64,000 bases of DNA. Source: an uncultured Chloroflexia bacterium. GTDB lineage: Bacteria > Chloroflexota > Anaerolineae > CG2-30-64-16. The notes beneath the pieces are model-generated. The model did not search any database, had not been told where the DNA came from, and was given only the letters and a program-made list of their open reading frames with translations. Positions 10,054 through 19,960 of this stretch are shown in pieces (position 1 is the first letter of the stretch; each line of letters begins with the position of its first letter). The translations under genes were made by a program, and so were the position numbers. The stretch is taken from contig CAVZDU010000005.1 of NCBI GenBank assembly GCA_963774265.1, positions 192,001 to 256,000 of the forward strand, given 5' to 3'.

Positions 10054-10436
10054 TTCTTCTTGCCCCTTGCTTCGGCTTTTCCCAGGTTCTCTTCTACCCT
10101 GAACTTCACAATCTCGCCGATCAGGTCGAAAGGAATCGGCTGATCCAGAGGAAACCTCACCGAACCCTTCCCGCCCTTGTAGGCAGACAGCTGCTTCTGG
10201 AATTCCTCAGTTCCTGTTGGCGTGGGATAGAACCCGATGTGGTTCTTGAACGCGGCGAAATGCACCAGGTTTCCGTGCAGTCTGAAGGTCGGCATCTGAT
10301 AGCTGATAGCTTCTTCCGCCCTGGGCGCCGCTTCTCTGATCGTCAGCCTGATTCTTTCCAGGATCTCCCGGATATCAGGCGGAAAGCCGGCGATATATTC
10401 ATCTATACTTTTGGGCGTTGATTGATCGGTTTTCAT
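10032..10436 (-). CDS. DUF1801 (YdhG-like) protein
   Basis: IDEYIAGFP...AEEAISYQMPTF...HFAAFKNHIGFYP...GKGSVRFPLDQPIP. Confidence 0.88.
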   Translation of the reverse strand: MKTDQSTPKSIDEYIAGFPPDIREILERIRLTIREAAPRAEEAISYQMPTFRLHGNLVHFAAFKNHIGFYPTPTGTEEFQKQLSAYKGGKGSVRFPLDQPIPFDLIGEIVKFRVEENLGKAEARGKKNSRPSNC

Positions 10437-10491
10437 GCGTTCCCCTGGGCAAATCCTGGGCTGCCGCCCAATGACTGCCTGTCAACTACTT

Positions 10492-10866
10492 TTATTGGCA
10501 GGCCACATACTGCACACCGGCAATATGTCCGAAGTGCTCATCTTGCGTCCAGAGCGTTGCGTCGTGCGCGTTGGCCGTCGCCAGGATGATGCTGTCGGCC
10601 ATCGGGATCCGGTGCTGCAGCGAGACCCTGGCGGCAGCCAGAGCAAGCTGCACATCAAGATCCACGATCCGTCCCCGCATCATCACGGCAGCAGCCAGAA
10701 AGCCCTCACTCTCGCTGCGCTGCTGAAGGATGCGTTTGAATACTTCGTAAACGCTGATCGCAGGCACGACCAGGTCGGCCGCGACTTCAATCGCCGGTGC
10801 AAAGAAATCCGCATTGGGTCCATCGGCAAAGTACTCGAGCCAGCCGGATGAATCGACGACGTTCAT
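10492..10866 (-). CDS. vapC: VapC family PIN-domain toxin
   Basis: MNVVDSSGWLEYF, YEV, PMADSIILATA, WTQD acidic tetrad; ATGA overlap with the antitoxin. Confidence 0.9.
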   Translation of the reverse strand: MNVVDSSGWLEYFADGPNADFFAPAIEVAADLVVPAISVYEVFKRILQQRSESEGFLAAAVMMRGRIVDLDVQLALAAARVSLQHRIPMADSIILATANAHDATLWTQDEHFGHIAGVQYVACQ

Positions 10867-11069
10867 AGCCGGTCCAGCTCCCGCTCGATAGTCGTATCGA
10901 TGCCTTTGAGGAAGCCGCGCATCTCGCTCGTTGGCCGGATAAGGATCAGCTCGATCCGGTCTTCATACTGGATCACCTGCATTCTTTGTCCGGGGCGAAT
11001 GCGAAGCGCCTCGCGCACTGCGCGTGGGATCACAACTTGAAACTTCGGGGAAACCAGAACTGCCTCCAT
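10863..11069 (-). CDS. vapB: AbrB/MazE-fold antitoxin
   Basis: MEAVLVSPKFQVVIPRAVREALRIRPGQ; RBS GGAGG; 68 aa. Confidence 0.88.
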   Translation of the reverse strand: MEAVLVSPKFQVVIPRAVREALRIRPGQRMQVIQYEDRIELILIRPTSEMRGFLKGIDTTIERELDRL

Positions 11070-11268
11070 ACTTCCTCCCGATCGATAGGATTTTCGTCTT
11101 ACGTAGCACGATTCTATCATACTTAGAACAAGATTGTACAGAGTTAACAAGTGTACACTCCTGACTTCTCCACTTTTCTTCAAAGCCCCCCCGGAATCCA
11201 TTGACACGTGCGTTCTTTTTCTCTATGATGTAGCAGAACAAAGTGCCCGGCGCCTCGACATCGACCTG

Positions 11269-11558
11269 AAGTCCGTCAGTCCGTCACGCGTTTCGGGGGG
11301 GATAGCAGATAGAAATATTTCCCTTGAAGACCGCCAAGGGGGGCCGCGCGCGGTGTTAAATTTAATACGCAGCCATGCCATCCTGCACTAGGCGACGCGC
11401 GAGCGCAACGAGCACGGCAGCATCATCGCGACTCCGGACGACGACGCGGCCGTCTATGACCTGGCCAACGAGAAGGGCGTCCTGCCGAGCCCCCATGACT
11501 TGAGAAAAAAATATTTGTTGGTTATCCCCCCCGAAATGAGTGACGGACTGACGGACTT
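11269..11558. repeat. 36-bp inverted repeat pair (11269-11304 / 11523-11558) with tandem 8-mers, enclosing a degraded coding fragment
   Basis: aagtccgtcagtccgtcac-gcg-tttcgggggggata matches the reverse complement of the right arm with 2 mismatches; both arms are followed inward by aaatattt. Confidence 0.85.
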
Positions 11559-11592
11559 GCCTACGGAGAAGAGGGTGGTGTTCGACCTGTGA
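11350..11592 (+). pseudogene. Remnant resembling the C-terminal part of a phage/integrative-element replication ATPase (primase-associated)
   Basis: AVLNLIRSHAILH*ATRERNEHGSIIATPDDDAAVYDL...VLPSP...RVVFDL*, with an internal TAG where Gln is expected; family call is from recall only. Confidence 0.4.
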
Positions 11593-11710
11593 TCGAGACA
11601 TCGTCTACGTTACCAATCCGGCGCCGATCGTTTTCCCCTTCTTCAGCTAGCTGGCATTACAAAGTGGGGTGCCGCAAGCTCCGTCGCGCCTTGGTCGCTC
11701 CACGCGGAGA

Positions 11711-11719
11711 TGCTATAAT
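11711..11719 (+). promoter_or_regulatory. Extended -10 promoter of recO
   Basis: TGCTATAAT about 50 bp upstream of ATG 11767. Confidence 0.6.
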
Positions 11720-11766
11720 CGCGCCGTGCGGTGTGCTCACCGCGCGGTCTAGGAACCGACAGTACT

Positions 11767-12540
11767 ATGGTGGATTACGCAGGGGCGCGCCGGCAGCGGC
11801 TATACCGGCTGGCAGGGATCGTGCTGCGGCGGCGGGATATGGGCGAAGCCGACCGCCTGCTCACGGTATTCACGCGGGACCGCGGCAAGATCACGCTGCT
11901 GGCCAAGGGCGTGCGCCGTCCGGCGAGCCGAAAGGCTGGCCACCTCGAGCCATTTACCTACACGGACCTGCTCGTCGCGAAGGGCGCGAACCTGGACCTG
12001 GTGACCCAGGCCGAGACGATCACGGCACACCGTCACGTGCGCGAGGACCTCTGGCTGAGCGGCCTGGCCTACACCGTCGTCGAGCTGGCCGATGCGTTCA
12101 CCCAGGATGAGGACCCGAACGCGCTGTTGTTCGAGCTGCTGCTCGAAACGCTCGGCCGCCTGGACTCAGGGGAGCATTCAAACCTCGTGGTGCGCTACTA
12201 CGAGCTGCACATGCTCGATCTGGCGGGCTACCAGCCCCAGCTTTTCCGCTGCGTCCAGTGCGATCAGCCGCTCCAGCCCGTGGTCAATTTTCTGAGCCTG
12301 GAGCGCGGTGGCTGCCTATGTCCACAGCACGGGGCCAACGCGGCCGGCACGGTGGCCTTGCCGCTCGACGTGCTGAAGGTCCTGCGGTATCTCCAGACGC
12401 GCAATTGGGAGCAGATCGCGGTGCTGCAGCTGCGGCCTGAGGTGCTGGCCCAGGTGGAGTCCATCCTGGCGCGTTATATCGTTTATCATCTCGAACGGTC
12501 GCTCCGCGCACCCGCGTTTCTCGAGAAGATACGACGATAG
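11767..12540 (+). CDS. recO: DNA repair protein RecO
   Basis: GIVLRRRDMGEADRLLTVFTRDRGKI...AKGVR, GHLEPF, zinc finger CVQC...CLCPQH. Confidence 0.95.
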   Translation: MVDYAGARRQRLYRLAGIVLRRRDMGEADRLLTVFTRDRGKITLLAKGVRRPASRKAGHLEPFTYTDLLVAKGANLDLVTQAETITAHRHVREDLWLSGLAYTVVELADAFTQDEDPNALLFELLLETLGRLDSGEHSNLVVRYYELHMLDLAGYQPQLFRCVQCDQPLQPVVNFLSLERGGCLCPQHGANAAGTVALPLDVLKVLRYLQTRNWEQIAVLQLRPEVLAQVESILARYIVYHLERSLRAPAFLEKIRR

Positions 12541-12542
12541 AC

Positions 12543-12622
12543 GGAAAGGAAAACGTAAAAAGGAAGAAGGAAAACGAAAATGGAAAATGAAGATCTTCCT
12601 TTTTCCTTCTTGCTTCTTCCTT
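12543..12622. repeat. Imperfect heptamer-repeat palindrome (purine arm / pyrimidine arm)
   Basis: aaaaagg aagaagg aaaacga aaatgga aaatgaa gatc ttccttt tttcctt cttgctt cttcctt. Confidence 0.65.
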
Positions 12623-12640
12623 AATCGGGGGGCGTTCAGC

Positions 12641-13018
12641 ATGGAAATGAAAGCATACCAGCAATGGCTCGAGGCGTGGGACAAGGCGCGCGGGTGGGAC
12701 CGCGTCTCCCCTTCCCACACGCTGATCCACGCGTTTGAGGAATTGGGCGAGGTCGCCCGGCTGATGCTGCAATGGGAGGGCTACAAGCAGGCCGAGAGCG
12801 CCGACAAGCTGCATGCCGAGCTCGAAGAGGAACTCTCCGACGTTTTTACCTTCCTCTTCAAGCTGGCGTATCAGACCGGCATCGATATAGAGGCGGCGCT
12901 GGCCCGCGGCCAGGCCAAGGCTGACACCCGCTACGAGGATGTCGCGGCCGCCGAGGGCATGCTGGCGCGCTATCACGCCCGACAGAACGAGGAACGCGAG
13001 CGGTTATTGGGGAAGTGA
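12641..13018 (+). CDS. MazG-like nucleotide pyrophosphohydrolase
   Basis: EELGEVAR...EEELSDV acidic motifs. Confidence 0.85.
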   Translation: MEMKAYQQWLEAWDKARGWDRVSPSHTLIHAFEELGEVARLMLQWEGYKQAESADKLHAELEEELSDVFTFLFKLAYQTGIDIEAALARGQAKADTRYEDVAAAEGMLARYHARQNEERERLLGK

Positions 13019-13044
13019 TCCTGCGAACTGCACCCCGCCGCGTA

Positions 13045-13074
13045 TTGACGAGAGCCGGCCCGGCAGGGTATTAT
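13045..13074 (+). promoter_or_regulatory. Sigma70-type promoter for glyQS
   Basis: TTGACG-N18-TATTAT. Confidence 0.55.
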
Positions 13075-13106
13075 TTCGGTGAGGTTTTGCATAGCCATGA
13101 GTGTTG

Positions 13107-13142
13107 AGCCGGCCTTGAACCAAGTGCCGGTTTTCTCTTTTT
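13107..13142 (+). terminator. Terminator-like hairpin with U tract just upstream of glyQS
   Basis: agccggc-cttgaaccaagt-gccggtt followed by ttctcttttt. Confidence 0.5.
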
Positions 13143-13152
13143 GAGGTAGGAA

Positions 13153-16100
13153 ATGTCAATCATGAAACCACTGTCTTTCCAGGAAGTCATCATGCGCCTG
13201 CAGGCATACTGGGCAGAGCAGGGCTGCCTGATCTGGCAGCCGTACAGCGAGAAGGTGGGCGCGGGCACGGCGCAACCCGGCCACCGTGCTGCGCGTGCTG
13301 GGACCCGAGCCGTGGAACGTGGCCTACGTGGAGCCGAGCTACCGGCCCGACGATGGCCGCTACGCCGAGAATCCCAACCGCATGCAGATGCACACCCAGT
13401 TTCAGGTGATCCTGAAGCCGGCGCCCGGCCAACTCCCAGGAGCTGTACCTGGGCAGCCTGGAGGCCATCGGCATCGACCGCCACAAGCATGACATCCGCT
13501 TCGTCGAGGACAACTGGGAGTCGCCTGCGCTGGGCGCGTGGGGCCTGGGCTGGGAGGTCTGGCTCGACGGGCTGGAGATCACCCAGTACACCTATTTCCA
13601 GCAGGCCGGCGGCTTCCCGCTGGACCCGGTGCCCGTCGAGTACACCTACGGTCTGGAGCGCATCGTCATGTACCTGCAGAGCGTCAAAGAGGTCTGGCAG
13701 ATCGACTGGGACGGCCACCGCACCTACGGCGACGTGCTCAAGCAGCCCGAGATCGAGCACTGCAAGTACGACTTCGAGGTGGCCGACGTCGAGCCGCCTG
13801 AAGCAGATGTACGATCTGTTCGAGGCCGAGGCCAAGAGCTGCCTGGCGCACCGGCTGGTCATCCCGGCGCACGACTACGTCCTGCGCTGCTCGCACACCT
13901 TCAACCTGCTGGATGCGCGCGGCGCCATCGGCGTCACCGAGCGCGCCGCACTTCTTCGCGCGCATGCGCGACCTGGCGCGGCAGGTGTCCGAGGCCTACG
14001 TCGAACAGCGGGAGCATGAGGAGTACCCGTGGCTGGAAGATACCGGATTGAAGGTTGACGAGGCTTACGCGCGATCTGTCACGTTCCAATCGTCAATCTT
14101 CGATCTTCAATCCTCAATCTTCGCCGTATCTGCTGGAAATCGGCACCGAGGAGCTGCCCGCCGGCGACCTGGTCGACGCGATCGCGCAGCTTGAAGGCGA
14201 GCGTGCCGAAGCTGCTCGACGAGCTGCGGCTGGCCCACGGCGAGATCACGTGTCACGGGCACGCCGCGGCGGCTGGCGGTGCTGGTCGAGGCGCTGGCCG
14301 CCAGCGCCAGGCGAACGAGGAGATCGCTGGTCAAGGGCCCGCCGGCCGAGCGTGCCTTCGATGCCAGCGGCGCGGCCACCCCGGCGGCGGTCGGCTTTGC
14401 GCGGAAGAACGGCGTGCCGGTCGAGGCGCTCGAAGTGCGCGAGGAAGGCGGCCGGCCGCTACGCTTTACGCGGTCGTGCGCCGCGAGGGCCAGCCGACGC
14501 TCGACGTGCTGGCCGAGGCGCTTGCCGGGCCTGGTCGCCGGCATCAAGTTCGGCAAGACGATGCGCTGGAACGCGTCCAACGTCGCCTTCTCGCGGCCGA
14601 TCCGCTGGTTTGTCTCGCTGCTGGGGCGAGACGGTCGTGCCGTTCAGCTATGCCGGCCTGACCGCCGGCACGCACCACGCGCGGCCCGCGCGCCGAGGGC
14701 TCGCCCGAGCTGGAGGTCGCGCAACGCCGACGCATATTTGCCGCTGATGGCCGGGCACCAGGTGATCGTCGACCGGGCAGCCCGCCGGCAGGCCATCGTG
14801 GCCCAGGTCGCCGCGCTGGCGGCCGAGGTTGGCGGCGCGATCCCCGACGATCCCGGCCTGCTCGACGAGGTGACCGACCTGGTGGAGCAGCCCACCGCGC
14901 TGCGCGGCAGCTTCGCCGACGACTACCTGCGCCTGCCCAAAGAGGTGCTGATCACGGTCATGAAGAAGCACCAGCGCTACTTCCCGATCGTAACCTCAGC
15001 CGTGCCGGCGGCCACGCCGGCACGGCTGAGCGCATGCTGCCCTACTTCATCACCGTGCGCAACGGCCCGGCCGAGCACGTGCGACGTCGTCACGCGAGGG
15101 CAACGAGGGCGTGATCCGGGCTCGCTATGCCGATGCGGCCTACTTCTTCCGTGCCGACACGGCGCGGCCGCTGGAGGCGTTCACGCCCCGGCTGGCCACG
15201 CTGACCTTCCAGGAGAAGCTCGGCTCGATGCTCGACAAGGTGCACCGCGTCGAGCGGTGGTGCCAGCGCTGGCCGGCCAGCTGGGCCTGGACGAGGCGGA
15301 GCGGGCCACTGCCGCAGCGCGCGGCCAGCGCTCTTCAAGAGCGACCTGGCGACGCAGATGGTGGTCGAGCTGACCTCGCTGCAGGGCATCATGGGCCGCG
15401 AGTACGCGCGGCTCTCCGGCGAGCCGGAGGCGGTCGCGAACGCGATCTACGAGCACTATCTGCCGCGCTTCCAGGGCGACGCAGTGCCGACCAGGAGTCG
15501 CATGCGAACCCGGCCTGCTGCTGGGCATCGCCAACCGGCTCGACTCGCTGGTCGGCCTGTTCGCCGTGGGCCTGGCGCCCACCGAGCACCGCCGATCCGT
15601 TCGGGCTGCGCCGCGACGCGCTCGGGCTGGTCGGCGCCCTGGTGGGACGCCAGCAGACCGTTCGATCTGCGGCCGGCCCTGCGATGCCGCTGCTGCGCAG
15701 ATGCCCGTGGCGGTCTCGCGACGCCAGGTCCTGGCCGACGTGCTGACCTTCATCCGCGACCGGCTTTATGTGTGGCTGCGCGACCAGGGGCTGCCGCACG
15801 ACGTGGTCGCCGCGGTGCTGGCCGAGCGGGCCCACGATCCCTACCGCGCGGCCGTGGCCGCACGTGAGCTGGCCGGCCCTGACACAGGCGGCCCGGCTGG
15901 AGCGACATGTCTCACGGCTTATGCCCGCTGCAAGCGCATCGTCCGCACCCTGACCGAGACATATCACGCTGGCGCCCGAGCACTACACCGAGCCGGCCAC
16001 GCGCGGGCTGTACGATGCCGTCCTGGCAGCCGAGTCGGCGCATGGCGCAGGCCGATCGGCGACGATGGCCCTGCTGGGCGAGGTCCTGCGCGGACCTGCA

Positions 16101-16243
16101 GGCGCCGATCAACCGCTTCTTCACCGACGTGCTGGTGATGGCCGAGGATCCGGCCGTGCGCCAGGCGCGGCTGGCGCTGGTGCAGCGCATGGCGGCATTG
16201 CCTGACGGGCATTGCCGACCTGAGCCAGCTGCAGGGATTTTAG
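13153..16243 (+). CDS. glyQS: Glycine--tRNA ligase, fused alpha+beta subunits (many apparent sequencing frameshifts)
   Basis: Alpha motifs [53 protein letters not shown]. Beta motifs [15 protein letters not shown]...[45 protein letters not shown]. Ends LQGF* with TAG at 16241. Confidence 0.92.
14046..14119. repeat. Palindromic heptamer repeat (consensus ttcaatc x5) within the GlyQ-GlyS linker
   Basis: gattgaa ggttgac ... tccaatc gtcaatc ttcgatc ttcaatc ctcaatc. Confidence 0.75.
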
Positions 16244-16271
16244 TCGCAGACTTCGAAGGTTTTGCAGGAAC

Positions 16272-18835
16272 ATGATTCCACATAAACTGCACGTCCGCAA
16301 CTTCATGTGCTACCGCGAGGAGCAGACTCTCGACTTCTCCGGTATGCACCTGACCTGCCTGACCGGCGACAATGGGCACGGCAAGTCGGCGCTGCTCGAT
16401 GCCATCACCTGGGTCTTGTGGGGCCGGGCGCGGGCGCGGCGCGATGACGAGCTGATCACGCTCGGCGAGACGGACATGTGGGTCGACCTGGAGTTCTCGC
16501 TCGGGCCCCAGACGCTATCCGCGTCTCGCGGCAGCGCAGCAAGAAAGGCCGGGGCCAGAGCGACCTGCATTTCTACGTCTGGAACCCGTCTGGCAATGAC
16601 TGGCAGTTGCTCGACGAGGGCAACCTGCTCGAGCGGCAGGCACAGATCACGCGCACTCTGCGCCTCGACTACGACACCTTCGTCAACTCGGCGTTTCTGC
16701 TGCAGGGCCGGGCGGATTCGTTCACCGTCAAGACACCCACCGAACGCAAGCAAATCCTCGCGGACATCCTGGGCCTCAGTCGGTACGACCACTACGAAGA
16801 GCGCGCCAAGGAGCAGGTCCAGGCTCGCAAAGAGCGCACTATCGGCATCGACGCAGAACTGAGGAGCATCGACGCGGAGCTGACGCATCGGGAGGAGTAC
16901 GCCGCCAGGCTGCTTGAAGCCGCACGTTCGGTCGAGCAGGCTATGGCCAGCCTGCGCCTCGCGGAGGCGGAGCAGGGGCAGTTTCGGACGCAGGTCCAGG
17001 CGCTGCGCGGCCAACAGGGGCAACTCAATGACCTGCGCGGTCACATGACGCGGGGCGAAAGGGAGCTGGCCGATCTGCGAGCTCAGCTCGGGCAGGCGCA
17101 GGCGCGGCTCAAGATGCTCGAAGACGTGCTGGCGCAGCGCGCGGAGATTGAGGCTGGCTGGAAGCAGTTGGGGATCGCGCGGGAGGCCGAGGCCGGGTGG
17201 AACAATCGTCTACTCGCGCACAGCCAGCTCCAGGCCAAGCTCAACGGGGCGCAGCGCGCGGTGGATCAGGCGCGCGCCGACCTCCTCGCGGAGCAACGCC
17301 GGCTGCAGGCGCACGCGACGGAGCTGGACAGCAAAGCGGTCGCCGTCGAAGGGCACCGGCGGACGCTGGCCCAGGTACAGGCGCTCCTCGCGGAGATGGC
17401 AGAACAGCAAGCCCGCCGCGAAACGATCGCCGCCGAGCTACGTGAAGTGATCGAGGCCGCGGCCGGGCTGCGCAATGAGAGAGACCGTGTCAAGGCCGAA
17501 GGGCAGGCCGTGAAGGATCGGCTGACCCTGCTGCACGAGTCGGAAGCCGCGGTCTGCCCGGTGTGTGATCAGTCATTGAGCCCCGAGCATCGCGAGCACG
17601 CCGAACAACAGCTCTCCAGCGAGCGCGACGCACTGGCCGAGCGCTACCGGGTCGCGACCGCGCAGATCAAGGAGCTGGCCGAACGCAAGTCCAGCCTCGA
17701 AGCGGAGGAGCGCGAGCTCGCACAAGCGCTCCACACCCGCGACGCCCGGCAGCGGCAGGCCGCTCAGACGGAAACGCTCGTCGCGGACGGTGAGGCTGCA
17801 GCCACCCAACTGGTCAGCGTGGCCGAGCAGCTCGCCCAGGTTGAACAGCGCCTGGCAAGGGAAGACTATGGCGGATCGGCCCGACTGGAGCTGGCCGGTA
17901 TCCTGGCCGCCATCGTCGAGACGGGTTACGACGGACAGGCCCATGCCGGGGCCCGCAAGGAGGTCGAGCGGCTGCTGCCGTTCGATGAGCGTTACCAACG
18001 CCACTTGCTCCCCGCGCTGGACGGCCTGGTTGAGGCGCAAGAGCGCTGCGAGTTGCTCGCCGGCCAGGTCGCGCGGTGGGCGGAGGACCTGGCCGAGGAC
18101 CAGGTGCGCCGAGGCGAACTGGAGGCGGCCGTCGCTGAGCTGCCGCAGTTGGAGGCGGTGCTCAGGCAGGCGGATGCACAGGTGCAGGCCGCGGACCAGG
18201 CCAGCCGCCGCGCGCAGCAGCAGCAGGGCGCCGCACAGCAGCAACTGGACGCGTTGGACCGGCTTGTGGAACGCGGCCAGTCGCTGCGCGGGCAACTGGA
18301 TGCGCTCAACGTCGAGATCGGCATCTACGCGGAGCTGCGCGAGGCCTTCGGCAAGAAGGGCATCCAGGCGATGATCATCGAGAGCGCCATTCCCGAGGTT
18401 GAGGTCGAGGCGAACCGACTGCTCCAGCGGATGAGTGAGGGCCGGATGAACGTGCGCCTGGAGACACAGCGCGAGAAGGTTACCGGCGGCGTCGCGGAGA
18501 CCCTCGACATCATCATCGGGGACGAACTGGGCTCGCGGCCTTACGAGCTCTTTTCCGGGGGCGAGGGATTTCGCGCGAACCTGGCCCTGCGTATCGCGCT
18601 CAGCAAGCTGCTGGCGCGGCGCGCGGGTGCGCAATTGCAGACACTGATCATCGATGAAGGCTTCGGCTCGCAGGACACGCGCGGGTTGAGCCTGGTGGTC
18701 GAAACCATCAACTCCATCAAAGACGACTTCCAGCTCATCGTGGTGATCACCCACATCGAAGAGTTGAAGGATCAATTCGGCGCGCGCATCGACGTGGTCA
18801 AGCACGCCACCGGGTCGCGCGTCTCGGTAGCGTAG
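16272..18835 (+). CDS. sbcC: SbcC/Rad50-like SMC ATPase (frameshift near 16515)
   Basis: Walker [10 protein letters not shown]-loop LLQGRAD, coiled coils, zinc hook CPVC, signature FSGGE, Walker B IIDEGFG, ITH. Confidence 0.92.
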
Positions 18836-18842
18836 GTATCCC

Positions 18843-19802
18843 GTGGTCACATTCGACGACGTCCTCTCTGCCGCCGAACGCATCGACGGCATCGCTCATC
18901 GCACCCCGGTCGCCTCTTCGCGACTCCTCAACGAGGTCTGCCGGGCGGAGCTGTTCCTCAAGTGCGAGAACCTGCAGCGCGTGGGCGCGTTCAAATTCCG
19001 CGGCGCATATAACGCGGTCAGCCGGCTGAGCGACGAGGAGCGGTCGCGGGGAGTCATAACCCATTCGTCGGGCAACCATGCGCAGGCGCTCGCGCTGGTG
19101 TGCCGTATTCTCGGCGTGAAGGCCACCATCGTCATGCCCCAAGATGCGCCGGCCATGAAGCTGGCCGCGACGCGCGACTACGGCGCGGAGATCGTCGTCT
19201 ATGACACCGCGGTGGACACGCGCGAGGCCATCTCGGGCCGGCTGGCTGCGGCGCACGGCTATACCCTCGTGCCGCCTTACGATCACCCGCACATTGTCGC
19301 GGGCGCAGGGACCGCGGCCCTGGAGCTGTTCCAGGAGGTGGGCGAGCTGGACTACCTCTTCGTGCCGTGCGGCGGAGCAGGGTTGTTGAGCGGCTGCGCC
19401 ATTGCTGCGAAAGCCATGTCGCCCAAGTGCAAGGTGATCGGCGTCGAACCGGCCGCAGGCGATGACGCGACGCGCTCTTTCAAGACCGGCGTCCTCCAGA
19501 CCGTTCATAACCCGCGGACCATCGCGGACGGCGCGCGCACGCCCTACCTGGGGCAGGTGACCTTCCCCTTGGTGCGCCAGTACGTGGACGATATGATGAC
19601 CGTCGAAGACGAGGACCTGGTGCGGACGATGGTTTTCGTCTGGACGCGTATGAAGCTGGTGGTGGAGCCGACCGGGGTGCTGGGCCTGGCGGCGGTATTC
19701 AACCATCGTCTTGACGTAATGGGCAAGCGCGTCGGCGCGGTGATCAGCGGCGGAAACGTGGACGTGGCCCAGGCTGCAGCGTGGTTCGGGAGCCTGGCGT
19801 GA
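18843..19802 (+). CDS. PLP-dependent threonine/serine dehydratase family (hydroxyaspartate ammonia-lyase/serine racemase-like)
   Basis: KCENLQRVGAFKFRGA, SSGNHAQ, GGAGLLSG, SGGN. Confidence 0.9.
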   Translation: MVTFDDVLSAAERIDGIAHRTPVASSRLLNEVCRAELFLKCENLQRVGAFKFRGAYNAVSRLSDEERSRGVITHSSGNHAQALALVCRILGVKATIVMPQDAPAMKLAATRDYGAEIVVYDTAVDTREAISGRLAAAHGYTLVPPYDHPHIVAGAGTAALELFQEVGELDYLFVPCGGAGLLSGCAIAAKAMSPKCKVIGVEPAAGDDATRSFKTGVLQTVHNPRTIADGARTPYLGQVTFPLVRQYVDDMMTVEDEDLVRTMVFVWTRMKLVVEPTGVLGLAAVFNHRLDVMGKRVGAVISGGNVDVAQAAAWFGSLA

Positions 19803-19828
19803 CTTCGTTAGGATGATCCATTTTTGTA

Positions 19829-19837
19829 TGATATAAT
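19829..19837 (+). promoter_or_regulatory. Extended -10 promoter upstream of the CarD-like gene
   Basis: TGATATAAT. Confidence 0.6.
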
Positions 19838-19879
19838 AGCCTCCAACAGCGTGACAGGTCCCGAATCAACCGTCTTAGG

Positions 19880-19912
19880 AGCCCAGGCCTTTCGTGCCTG
19901 GGCTTTTTGTTT
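19880..19912 (+). terminator. Intrinsic terminator hairpin
   Basis: agcccaggc-ctttcgt-gcctgggct-ttttgttt. Confidence 0.75.
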
Positions 19913-19960
19913 CCGGACCGTGCACAATTCCATGTACTGTCCGGAGGAAGGAATCCGACC

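Noticed and set aside
9332-11069. Integron cassette array (co-oriented DUF1801, vapBC, hydrolase; ATTGGGCGGC upstream of DUF1801)
   Set aside because: No paired attC R''/R' boxes or integrase were found, only one imperfect half-site.
13153-16243. Mass pseudogenisation or programmed frameshifting in glyQS (also cgs, RND, yfhO)
   Set aside because: glyQS is essential, motifs are intact across frames, and indels are dense and patchy without slippery-site patterns. Assembly error is more likely; read polishing would confirm.
16272-18835. SMC ATPase as part of a defence system (Wadjet/Lamassu)
   Set aside because: It has a Rad50 zinc hook, sits in housekeeping context and has no partner genes. 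It is an ordinary SbcC with sbcD presumably elsewhere.
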